From contig CM060731.1 in assembly GCA_030704615.1 (NCBI GenBank), positions 72,478,001-72,542,000 on the forward strand: DNA of 64,000 nucleotides. Reading direction: 5' to 3'. Positions 37,601 through 49,796 of the stretch are shown here, in pieces; the stretch's first letter is position 1, and each line of letters starts with the position of its first letter. The translations under genes were made by a program, and so were the position numbers. The DNA comes from Takakia lepidozioides (taxonomy: Eukaryota; Plantae; Bryophyta). Below the pieces are notes generated by a model that saw only the letters and a program-made list of their open reading frames with translations, was not told the DNA's origin and searched no databases.

Positions 37601-39913
37601 AGGTGCTTGACCACCTGTGCTTGCATCTGCAAAAATACGCTGTCACTCACACCAAGCGTGGATAGTAGTACTATGATTTGGCGATTCAGAAAACAGGGCA
37701 AGAAACGTGTCGAGTTAAGAACTTCGAGACCAGTGTGACTGGATGTGAATTTGCGCATACTTGGCCGCAGTGAAAGTTTGAACTGAGACCTCGGATCCAT
37801 TGCCACTACACCCTTGTATCCTCCATAGCGTATCTGAAAAGCAGAGGGTACAATCATTGTTTGAAGCTTCTTCAAACCACATTTTCGGGCAACCTCTGCC
37901 GCAAATGCTTTGGAAATTTTCCCAATCCCATCTGAGAAACAGTATTGAAACAAACCATACTCATCTGCCCTCTTGATGTCAGGGAGCTGTTGCACTTCAT
38001 GGGCGCAAACTTCTAGCGTGGGTGTGGATGAAGAGAAACACTGGCCCATACGGGCCGCGCACTTGGCCACATTTCGGATGCTGAGAAAGTCCCCCATCCA
38101 TTTCCTAATGGTCTGCGCAGTTAGCAACTGGTTTGAAGCAAACATCCAGACTGATTGCTCTCTCAACTGGCTTGAAGAAAAGGCCAAAAAATCAAATTTT
38201 TTCCCTCCCAACCTGACCCCCTTTTGCAAGACGGACAGGATTCTGTCAAAGACTTCTGATCTCTCTGCAAGTAGCCCTGCCAGTGCTCCACCTTTAGCAG
38301 GGGTAGATAGAACGGTAGAAGGGACACGATTCCAATCCTCATCCACGAAGGATACTCGGAGAAAGTTGTTGATGTGAGCTGCATGATGCCTAGTCACGCG
38401 ATTTGAACTATCAATCTCAGGCCCCATGCAGTATACTTTGGTTGGAGTCACGAACAGGCGATGCACCCACATCAGGCCTTCTTCCAACTTGATGGAGGCT
38501 GATATGGGCAACTTGGTGCTCTTGTATCTTGCTAGCTCATCCCGTACATACTTTGCTGGATCCTGACAACGGACCTTTGCATCTAACATACTCTGCAAAG
38601 CCAATTTAGCATGCTCCAGTGGTGTGGATTGAAGCAATTGATAGAATGTGGGACCAAGCATTGGCCCACTCACAATGCCAAGCTGTACAAGCTGATTTAC
38701 CTTGAACATAAGCTCAAAATTCACTTCAGAGCATTCTACAATTGGCACGAGCACCTGCGATGTGACATATGACATTCGGACCTGCAGACTGATTACTCGA
38801 AAGGCAGGGGGATATGCAGCCAATCGAAAGTCTGCAAGGTTTTTGAAGAGGTTATTCATCACTCCACTTGATATAGTGGGAAGCTGTAGTGCATATGCCA
38901 AAGACTGGCCTATGCTCCTGTTAGGAGTGAAATCTGTGGCTCGAACCCATGGTTCCTCCTGCTCCTCCTTGCGGAAAGTGTGTGGATCCATTGAGCTGAA
39001 ACCGGAAAATAAATCTGTCAGAAAATCCCCCGTTTTGACACCAGTCGCTCTGCGTCGGTAGACATATGGTGGGTGTGATGCCTGTGCCACAACCAAAATT
39101 CACATGTAAACCTTTAAAGAATCTCTGAAAGAGAGTTGAAGGGCACTATATGCAAAGTAAGATCAGCCACTTCACAAAGCTGGTAGACATGAGCAGGAAA
39201 GGCATGGTAGACAGATACATGGATGACAGATGCAAATGGAAAGCCATCTGAGTTTCCCATTCGGAAGGGGGTTGCGGGTTGAGGCTCTCAACTCTTCTAC
39301 AAACATGCAATCCCCATCATAATCCATCCATGTATCATTGCAAACTTTGCTAAAGGAAAAACTGTTGTGGCCAAACCTTTAGCACCAAGGCTCTGCTGTC
39401 TTCTTGAGTGGTAGCAGCAACTATCTCAGTAATATCTTTGAACAGAAACTCCACCTTGAACTCTGGCTTCCCCAAGGTGTCCTCAATGGACAGCAAGTAT
39501 CGTAACCGTTCACTATGAAAGTCGATCTCTGTGGTCACGTTGGGTGCTGACCACAGGACATCATACCCAGCATCACTGCAGGTCTGGCAGCTGAGTGACA
39601 ACAGCCCTTGTTCAAGTCTGACCAGATCATGCTGTGGCTTCTGGACAATGGGACCATTTGCACGGCGCACTTTTAGAATATTATTTAGAAGGACCAGGTG
39701 GCCATTTTCTGCCAGCAAAGCAGCAAGATCTGCTGCTGCTTCATTGAGGAAGTTCACAAATCCGTAGCCCTTAGGCTTGAAACTGTCTCTGTTTGTTTGT
39801 ATGTCAACCGAAGATACAGTGTGTTTCCCCACAGACTTCTCTAACAAGTTCACCAAATCAATGGCTGTTGTAGATGATGGAATGTTGGACACGTGAGTTT
39901 TCCACACCCCCAT
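34661..39913 (-). CDS. RDR: RNA-dependent RNA polymerase, RDR-alpha clade (RDR1/RDR2-like), with N-terminal RRM; exons 39913-39377, 39081-37555, 37415-36961, 36783-36633, 35473-34661
   Basis: RRM (HVSNIP..KGYGFVNF), SNRVTR, FLRVSFVDE, FLAFSSSQLRE, AARMGQCFS, FSDGIGKIS, AFQIRYGGYKGV, KNPCLHPGD, catalytic ECSGSDLDGDLYFV, AVDFPKTG, KASAWYYVTY and LLSFPW. Splice phases are consistent and no stops were found. Confidence 0.95.
36296..36330. repeat. (CATTT)n microsatellite in RDR intron 4
   Basis: Seen directly. Confidence 0.85.
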
Positions 39914-41186
39914 AGTTGGCACCCTGCCAATCAAGCCAACCTACCTCCATTCATGATGTAATGAAACTGGATCATAGCTTCCACTCTCGCAAGTCCAGCC
40001 ACCATTGGTATACAGGATTACTGCCTGACAAACAAACCACATTATTAATTGCTTTGAACTAGCCTTGAACATCTCCTATATGCACGGTATATTTACCACT
40101 ATTTGCATTTCACTTACGGCAGGCATTTGCTGTACTTTACATTTGGGCCCACGTCCTCTCCTAAGAGTGTCCAGTTCTCCCCCGACCTGCAGACACAGGG
40201 TTTAAGAGCTTGCCATAGGCCGGGGGCCTGATGATGCATTCTTTGTTGCTCAGACAAGCCACAATCCGATTTCGCCACAATTTGTTACAAAAAATAAGAA
40301 AAAGAGACGCCAGCAAAAGTACGTTTCAGGCTACAATTACAGACGTCCTCAATTCCGAACTTAAATCGACTGGAGCACTTCTTCTCCTACATCCCAAGCT
40401 AAGGCTATAGTTAAAACACACTTAGTGAGAAAATGAAAACCAGACGTGCGACAAAGCCTCCCAACCTTTCACAATAGGCTTGAAAAACAACAAGATGACA
40501 CTTTCGCTGTAAATTCTTCTGCCTAAAAAACCGTCTAATTGCTCTGCTCTTTCTGCTTAGTGTCAATTTGGCCCTGCGCGGATCTACACATAGCACTAAA
40601 ATAGGAGAGATAACCCTGACTAAACCTCAACGCTGATGAAAGTATGACATCAGCGGAGCCGTGCAACACCCGCTAACCCACCAGCAGCATCGCCCAAAAT
40701 TTAAGACCACGTTGATGAAAGGAGGCGGAGCGGTGCAATTAGCAGCTGCTGTTGCTGTGACCACACGCTCGTTGATTTCTGCACATCACACCAGTACCTG
40801 CCATGCTTGCATTTGTCTCTCCCCAAAAAAGGCAGAAGAGGACGATGATCCAAACTTGTGCATGCAGCATTGCCCCACACACGCATCACCATTGAGATAC
40901 ATTGAGCCTGTTGTAAGCGCTCTCTCTCTCTCGTCCTCTTCTTCCTTTACTGTCGAACTGACTTCTGTCGGACGGACGTCCGTCGCACAGTCACATCCTC
41001 CGTCATGACTTCGACATCTCCATTTCAGATACATGAGAATGGGCAGCACATGAGCCACGTTTCTTTTTAGTTTTTTTCAACAGGAAATGAATAGGTGGAG
41101 CCCTTTACATGGTCCAACGAAACTATGACAAATATATATATATAGACGCCTCCAGAAAGGAGCGTAAATTATGGTGTCTGAAAGGA

Positions 41187-41460
41187 GTCGCTGTTATAGT
41201 CCACTCCGGCAGTCCACCATTGCAGTCCGATCCCAAGACTCTAATGTGTACCATGTGTGTTGTGCAGAATTGTTTTTGAAGGAGTACTCATTTTCCTCTG
41301 CCTTTGGCCTGTCCGCAAGGCATGGGTGAAGCAATCATGCAAGAAAACGAAAGATCCGGTGACCGCTGTAAACTTGTTGAAGGATATGGGAGACCTCATG
41401 TACTGTAGAGGGGGACCACGCAACGAGAAAAGAGCGCTTCGGTGGGTTGCAAGGAGAATC
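41187..41460 (+). mobile_element. Near-identical duplicate of an intron/exon piece of the host MULE transposase (58609-58882)
   Basis: Direct sequence match; encodes IVFEGVLIFLCLWPVRKAWVKQSCKK..RWVARRI. Confidence 0.9.
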
Positions 41461-41462
41461 AC

Positions 41463-41700
41463 TAGTGTTGAGCGTATATTGATTTCAATATACCCTCAGG
41501 GTCCGGGTTACCCCTTTTCAAAAAAACAATGGACCCTCCGGGTCCGGGTTTCAAATTTGTGTGCACATACAATCCGGGTCGGGTCAGGATAAAATAAGAT
41601 CTGAATAATAACCGGGTTAGGGTATGTCCGGGTATTCATATAATATACCCTCGGGGTAAGGGTAGATTAAGGGTCCGGGCCTGTTATTATTATTATTATT
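41463..41700. mobile_element. Possible hAT-like terminus
   Basis: Begins TAGTGTTGAG at an abrupt junction, followed by repeated (T)CCGGGT subterminal motifs. The other end was not found. Confidence 0.4.
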
Positions 41701-44700
41701 ATTTACAAAAAAAAACATGTACCAAAAATATAAATTTATAAAGAACAACTATTATTCCTATTATGTTCCTTAAGCAAATAATGGAACAACACAATAATAA
41801 GGAAAAAAAACTTTAAGACAGTCCAATAGAAAATGGCCCAGCTAATTCATGTTTTCAACACATTCAATTCTCTGAGAAGCCATAAGGTAGATTACACACC
41901 CCCTCGTTGATCTAATTCTTAATCAGATTCTATTAGCTTCAATTTGGTACTTTGCACCAGAGATTAAGAGCGGCCTTCATGGACCCGGCCCACAGTTTAA
42001 GGGAGGAAACAGACAAAAATGGCCGGATACACATACCGCTTCCACATATGGGTGGCAACGCTCGGTTGCCGAGCAAGCGCGTTTGTAGCGCACCCGGATA
42101 AAATGGGATGGGAGCTCCGTGGACGAGTACCGCGAATTGATTGCAGTGTCCACTTACTGCATGTACCGGTTGCAGACCCAATACGATTTGACGGTTTGAT
42201 AAAGATGCAGAGCGAGACTTGACAAGTACTTGGTTATTAGGTGGTATCCTGTACCACGTCACCGTAAAGTTCAAATGAGCACCCGACCGCCGAGATCCAC
42301 ATGATTGTGGAAACGCTCGAGGGGACCCGGCTATTTTCTCTAAGCGCGAGTGGGCAAACTCCTTATTTTGCAGGCCGGGCTCCTCCCACATAGAAGGACG
42401 CTGTATGTCACTATTGAGGAAAGTCTATTTTTAGAATATGCAGATTGTTAATTTCTCAGTTGAAGGTCTTTACGTTCCCCCTAGTCCTACGTCTCCTGAT
42501 AGCCAGGCCACACATATCATTTGCCCCCGTTGGCAAGACGGCGTCTTCCCAACGTTACAAGGGGAGCGGCCACACAAACCCCATCCTTCTTTGGTGGGAC
42601 CCAGTTTCAACAACAGGGATTGGTTGCTAAGATCCAACAATGCAAAGGGTGATGTCAGGATACAGTCTACCCTCCATAAATGTTCCCTCCATATCTGTTA
42701 ATCCTCTTTATCTGTTATCTTTTTTCTTACTCCCAAAGATTTTACAAACCAAGTGTTAGGTGTCATGTGTTATGATATTTTTTTATTCCCTCATTTATTA
42801 AATGACCCTTGATAAGTGTTAATTTTCTTCAAACATATATATATATGTATGTATGTATGTATGTAGATGGTCATGACATATATCAATTAAACATGTCAGC
42901 TTTTTAACTGAACTTCACATGGGAATCATTCAAGTTCTTTAATTTCACTAACATGGGACCTTTAAAACAGTCAGCTACTGAAACAGATTTCATTAACATG
43001 AGCAGCTGTTTAATTTCACTAAAATGTGATCATTGAAACAGTCAGCTAATGAAATGGGCTCTCATTAATATAAGCAACTTTTTGTGACAACTTCTTCTAC
43101 TACGTATCTATGCAAGCATGCAGCTGTGCTAAACTATGTAGAGTTTCGTCTCCCAAGCACGCGATAGTACAAACTACATCATGTAGATCAGATCTTGCCT
43201 TAAACTATGTACTCTTATCCCTTTTACGCTAATCTAAGTAGAGATTTTCATGCACGTGCAAGTGTATTTGGCCTCTCATTTTAAGATAATAGGGTCTTCA
43301 ATGGGCACGTGCGATGTGGCCGGTGGGCCCCGCGCACGGACGCCCAGCTCCCCAGCACCCCGCCCGCCGCTGCGCGCAGTCGCCCAGCCGCGGGCACGGC
43401 TGCAGCAACCGCGCCCGCACCCCCGTCCGCCGCGCGGCCAGTCCCCCGCCCATGAGTCCGCTGCCCTCCAGTCTGCCAGTCCACTGCTGGCTAGTCGGCT
43501 ACCCAGCAGTATGCCAGTCCGCCAGTCTGCTCGCCAGTCCGCTAGCCAGTCCCTTGCCATCCAGTCCGATGACGGCGCAGGATCGCCACCGTCCATTCCC
43601 ATAACCCATCCGAGCCCTCCATTTTTAGGGCTGCAATTCAAACCTACATCCCTGCCGCCTGCCACTTGCCAGCAGCCGCGAACATGCGCACTGTTCTCCT
43701 GGCACGTTGTCGATCGTGTCCTGTACTGCGGCGCGTTTCTTGCATGTTCAGAAGCGTGTCATTTGTACTGTATAGGGCATAGATGTGGAAGCAAAACCCC
43801 GATGATATACTGATCACGGAAAACCCGCTTATACGGCCTCTTCGACAATGTTTACAAATAGCAAAACCAGGACCCTTCAACATGAAGGATCTCCATTGGA
43901 AGAGTGAGACGCAATATGGGTTTATGGGTGTGCGAGTGAATGTTGAAAATGCCTGCATACCTTGGGATAGAGTTGGTGACTTCGTCCTGGGAGAGGAGAG
44001 TTTGGAGGACTACCCCACTCAGTTTTGGGTGAATGTCTATTCTAAAGTGGAACCCGGCTCGCGAAAAGCACCCAGAGCCAACACATTTATGTCCAGTATT
44101 ATGTGTGCACCATCCTCGGTCCTTTTGACGTTTCAATGCATGTCTGTTGCCATTTTTTGTTTCACGAGTTCTCTGATTTTATGCTTCCTCAAGTCGTTGA
44201 ATATCGATTTTAGAATTTTATGTCTAGGTATCAATGCTGCTACGGTCCTGATGACAAGCGCACCAACAAGGCAATAGTGGAGGATCCAAAACAGAAGCGT
44301 GGAGGACCTCTTGTGGGTGCTGGAACATCTTGCCCTCATAAAGGCCCAAGGAGAAAGAAGTCGGAGTATGGAGAGTCTTACAAACGTGGTTGCCAATGTT
44401 GTTTCAAGGTCCAGCAATGCTATCTCGCCCCTGACATCTGTGTCCTCACGTACTACAACAACATGGAGCATACAGATGCGCAAGGGAAACCCTCGCATGG
44501 GAAGTCCGCAAAGTTCATGAACACCCGCCACGCCTATGCACCACACATTAGCGAGGAATTGAAAGCCTGGGTCGTCGAGTGTTTGTGTCGAGGCCTGTAG
44601 GTCGCCCAAATCATGATGGAGCATAAAGAGCACGTGATGAACAACACCGGCTTGGGTGATACATGGACCCGCGATGATTTCTTGTTGGAGCAAGATGTTT

Positions 44701-45304
44701 GCAACCTTGCCGAGAAACGTGCGTGGCAAACCTTCAAAAAGCACGCCGATGATGCAGAGAGTGTGCGCATGTGGAGAGACCAGAATCTTGCGTCCGTTTT
44801 TTTCTATCAAGAGGAGAAATTAGAGCCAACATTCGAGCATTTTGATGGAGATTTGACATTCACTATTGACATACAGACTCCGTGGCAGAAACGACGAATG
44901 CTGGAACTAGGACATGACCGTATCATTGCATGTGATGCAACCTTTGGGACAAATCGTGACAAGGTACTATTCGAACGGGGGGTGCTATTCTATGAGCCCG
45001 GAGGCGTGAGCCTGTGAGCCCAGGAAACCGTGAGCCCAGCATAGGCTCACGCCACGTCAGCATACATACAGGGCCTATTTCCGCGGGTGTCACCTATTTC
45101 CGCGGGTTGATCAGCCATTTCCCGGGAATGCAGAGTGGATATGTTACATCCATTGTATCCATTGCATCCATGCAGACGTTATCAACATACCAAGCCCTCA
45201 CAAGTTTATGTGGGTACGTCGTGAGGAGGTGCACACTGACATGATCTAAAGTGGAACCCTGCGAAATCTTTTCTTACTCACCACCCTTGCGAACATGCCA
45301 GGTA

Positions 45305-45495
45305 TGTGCGGGAGCATCATGGATGCTCATTAGATTTGAGAATGCCTCACAGCTCTTTGATGAGGTGGACTTCACCGTGATGGATTCACCAACCATTCTT
45401 CTAGCAGGAATGGTTTGGAGACCAACGAGCAACTGATGCGAGAATGCTCTACACGAACCAAAGTCGTTTGTTTGTATTTGCAATGCACTCAAGTC
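45305..45495 (+). pseudogene. Captured degenerate PPR fragment inside element B
   Basis: GCGGGAGCATCATGGATG..GAATGCCTCA..GGATTCACCAA..AGGAATG.TTTGGAGACC..GAGCAA aligns with PPR DNA at ~2628-2825. Confidence 0.6.
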
Positions 45496-46065
45496 TGTGA
45501 GGTTCAGAGAACACTAAATAGATTGAAGGAACAATCCGGGCAGTCCATGCAACCCCCATCTCCAACAATAGTTTGTTCCCATTAATGTGCATTCCACGCA
45601 CACATTGCAAACAGGACAACAAGGACACACAACCATCCTATTTCAAATTTGGCCCCGAATAAAACGAAAAGAAAACTTCATATCAAGTGTCACAGTCATC
45701 AGAATCAGTCTCGACCTCCTGTGCTATGTCATCCACAAAGATTCTGGCCCCAACACCACGTCTTCTACCACGGCCGTGGATAGGTGGACTCCGAGTGCCA
45801 TGAACGGTCATGCTTGTTGCGAGTGCCTCCGCATAGACAGGTAGCACGCAAGACCGAGGAGGACTGGAAAGAAGTCCAAACAAGTGTGATAGCCCTGGAG
45901 GGCAAGTGGAAGCACGCGGACTCCTGCACATGTCGACAAAAACCCATTCAGAACACAATATGCAATACACAAGTCCAACGAAGAGGATGTCTGCCATGTG
46001 AACTTTGCCTCAAGAAGAGTGATTCTCGATATTGAAACAACAATGCAAGCATGCACAGGTTGAAC

Positions 46066-49000
46066 TTACTCACAGTCAAAGTCGGAGTCCAGCTCCTTGT
46101 CGGAAGTCTCCTCTGTATCAATATCAGCGGGACGGGGCTTCGGAAGGACTTGAGAAGTGTGTCCACCCAAACCCATAAGGAGGTTGTTGTAAATCTCAGC
46201 ATCCCCTTCAATCCCAAAGAGATGTCGGGCACTGGCCTTGCAAGCGTGGTACGAAGCACCTGCAGTGGAATAGAATGAAGGAAGCAGACATTGAAGACAC
46301 ATATGGAACGGTGGGAAGTACTGAAAGTGCAAGCTCAATCAAACCTCATGAAATCCGAATGTTGAAGAGACGAACCTGTGCCCATTGACAAATCCAGAAC
46401 TCTGGCGTCTGTGTAGGTGCAGCACTCCACAATCGTTTGAATGAAAGCCGGGCTCCTCTCCCTCGCCCCTCTCCAAGGAACCCCATTCCCCCTTCGCAAG
46501 CAGACGTTGCTGTCGACGTAGTTGTGGTGCATGTCATCCGTTGGAGGATCTGTCCTGTCGTCTATGAACTTGCCCCCATGAGTGATGGCGAACTCCGAAA
46601 TGCCGGCCGGAGTCGTTGGTGGATGCACTCGGACGAGACAAACAGCTTCAAACAAACGAGTCTGCGAACAACACATTCAGAAGGAACTAAGAAGCTTAAA
46701 AAATCAGGCCCCTACATATGAGATCGAGCGACCTATACAACTCCATCCGAGAACCACCAAGAAGAGGAAGAAGAAGGTAAATTTACCATCTCTCCCGGAC
46801 GATCCCCCTTCGTAAGGTACATGTTGTTCACACAATTCCATGTCTTCAGGACTCTCATGCCCGAGGCTTTCAAATAGCTGGCAAGTGCACGGCGACAGCG
46901 AACGTCGGCGGACTGTATGAGCACCAAAACACCTGCATCGGACAGGAAAAAATTGCAAAAGGAGAAAACCCACCGCCAGTAGCGCTCATCAAAAGCATTC
47001 CAACCCGGACAAGCACCCGATGGAGGGACATCCGGGACTGCCAACCCATCAGGGATGTCCAAGATTATGAGTTCGGCTGCATATTGCTTCTCCTTCCCGT
47101 TCACCCAGGATTTGGTCATTTTAGCCTGCAAACAAAATTACAATGGAATACTCAAGAGGATTGAAACGATCCATGCCCACTGCAGAGAAGATGCAAAAGA
47201 GAACACGCACCGTGCCGAGGAACTGTACAATCCTCTCCCACACTGGTGATGGCTCACCCTTGTAATCAGATTTCTTCGACTCCATCATGGCAAGGAATCC
47301 GACGTTGGCCATCTCCAACCTGGTAGGGCGAATGACCCTCGTCGGATGTTCCACTGCATGGTACGGGTCCTTGGGATCAACCACCCCGTTGTTCTTTCTC
47401 ACGGATCCCCTACCATGCGGTGGAGTCTGCTGGACATGCACCACTGGGCCAATATCTGCAACACTTCCCTGCCCTTGTGCCACCTTCCCTCTACCCCTTC
47501 CTTTCCCCACAACACCAGCAACATCTTTCCCCTTTGCCTTTCTACCTCTACCCGGGGTATCCTGAGCGGGAGGCTCCTTCTATGCAAGAGTCCTCAAATT
47601 TCGCTCATGAATGTCGAGGTCGGCTGCTGCGGCAGTGGCTGCAATTCGCTCATTCTCTCTCCTCAAAGACACCTCCGGAGCTGGGGTCTCAGAAGGAGGG
47701 CAATCCAAATACCAACCACAAGAAGATAGATGGTCTGGGCCCCAGTCATGCAAGATCCCAGTAGTAAACATAGTCTGATTTCCAGCAGGGACAAGCCAGA
47801 GGTCCACGAAATCTGGATGTTTGTCCAAACAATTCTCTTCCATGAGAACAAACTTTATGTACCTGCAGGAACAAAGACAGCCTCATTATGCAATGCAATT
47901 ATTGTCTCTCAGTTTTTCCATCACATTCCCCTTAAACTGTATGCGTCACAGTACATTGCAACCACAGGACACCAAGTAAACTGAACTGCCCAGGGAGTGC
48001 ACCTGTAAAGGCATTGTTTCCAGGTTTCCTCTCATTTTTCTTGCTGGTCAAGGTCATGTGTTCGACTGATGCCACCCTCCTTGCTGAACTCTCTAAAGAA
48101 ACAAGAGTGCCACACTGTGGCTCTCCATTTCCTCATGTATGCTTCGAAGGAGACCTTCGGTGCTGTCATAGTGATGCCATAGTCAGCCAGCTGAGTATGC
48201 AGAACCGACCGTGCCCTTTCTTCCAACTGCAAAACAATTCAAATGCAAGAATGAACCCAAAAAAATCACTGCGAATGTGAGAGGCAATGGAAAGAGAAGG
48301 ACAAGAAAAGAGAAAAGAAAGTGACACAGGAAAGGACAACACACCTGGCTCCAGTAAGTGGCCTTGTGAAGCCATGTGTCCAGCACATTGTCACTGACTG
48401 GAATGACACGCTGGGTCTTCTTCTCTTTCTCCGGCCTGGGGAACATGTGTGTATCCCTAACTGTGGGATCGGAGTTCCATATCTGTAGCCACTTCACCTT
48501 CTGTTCTGAAGACACAACGGCGGTAGACAACCTGTGTAACTTCTCCTGGGCCATCTCTGGCTTGCCTGGCTTGTTATAATGGTTTTTTATCTCCAAGAGA
48601 AACTGCGCTCCGAATGATGGGTCGGCAATTCTCAACTGCTTCACAAAAGCACTCATTATAGTCCTTCTTGTAGCGGTCATCTCTTTTTGGATGTGAGTCT
48701 CAACCCCCTTTGCTGTCCTTCTCTCCTCAGGGGTTGACCTGTAGTATTCCAGTTTGCCACGCTCCCCTGCGTGGAAGCAGGACTATGGAAAGGGCAGATG
48801 AAGGAAGATGTATCTCACCGTGTACATGTACTCCATGAAAGCCTCGCGTATCAACAAGTACCACGTTTCCGATGTCTTAGAGCTTTCGCACTTCTTGTAC
48901 GTCTCCGCTGAAATGATGGTCTTGAAGTTGGCCAAGGGCATCTGCCCGATCCTTTGTATCCTATACAGTGTGTGAACCAGACTCGTTTTGACATGCGATG

Positions 49001-49696
49001 TCTCCGTTCCTCTGCAGAATGATATCTGAAAGTCATCATGAAATTCAAGGACTTTAATCAAAGAACCAAGGAACTGCAAGTGGAACAGGTAGAATGAGAA
49101 ACCAACCTGTTCACATCATTCATTGCCGTCAGAAGACCCATCATGTTCCCCTCACAATCCAGCACCATCGATCGAACAGAGTAATGCCACTCTTCCTCCT
49201 GTGAGTGCAGCCTCCCAATAACAGCCATCCATGCAAGCAATCGGTGGTTCCCATCCCAAACGTGAAACATCTTCCCCGAGAATGCCTGGGTGGAAGGTTT
49301 CCTGGAGAGAAGAAGTTCGAAGGATTCGTTCACCTATCTCCAAATAGGATCCCAGGAGTCCACGATTGACTCATCCACAAGGAGCTCATTGCCAATGGAA
49401 TCCTTTGTACAAACGTAAAACACTGCGGATCCATCCAAATACCCATGAACAAACTCGGCCTCTAGCTTGAGAATGTCCTTGATGAGGGGTGGTCGAACGA
49501 CGGGCATGGAAACCATCCTACACAGGGGAATCTTCAACCTCCCACCCGGGCCAAGCATACTTTGCACCACAAGCTGAGAGTTTACCTTCTGACCCCCCAG
49601 CATCTCAGCGGCTTTGCTTTCATAGAACTCATCGTCAACATCAACAATGATATCCTTCCCCAGTCCCGAAGGGATCTCCTCCGCCACACTTTGCAT
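46066..49696 (-). pseudogene. ParB/Srx-like domain fused to a beta-class amino (N6-adenine/N4-cytosine) DNA methyltransferase-like domain; about 8 exons; three in-frame stops
   Basis: Approximate exons 49696-49108, 49011-48820, ~48780-48345, 48226-48003, 47862-47211, 47125-46787, 46661-46376 and 46259-46066. ParB pattern IPLCRM..VRP..DILKLEAEF..GYL..FYV..FHVWDGNHRLLAW..VRSMVL..AMNDVNR. MTase motif IV-like ELIILDIPDG precedes ERSPAFIQTIVECCT and motif I VLDLSMGT|GASYHACKASARHLFGIEGD. Stops at 49334, 48032 and 47580. Confidence 0.8.
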
Positions 49697-49796
49697 CTTC
49701 TCCTTCAAGGTTGTCCATTCAAATTGACATAAGAGTGAGGCATTAGACGAGGGTGTTTGAGCATGGCAAACAGGCCATCTGTGGTAGAAAAGGTGA

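Noticed and set aside
45683-45997. Extra gene or alternative last exon in element B
   Set aside because: No recognisable motif, and the region is missing in copy A, so conservation cannot be checked.
46066-49696. Bacterial or phage contamination explaining the ParB-MTase gene
   Set aside because: The gene has several GT-AG introns, lies inside a plant transposon nested in another plant transposon, and occurs twice.
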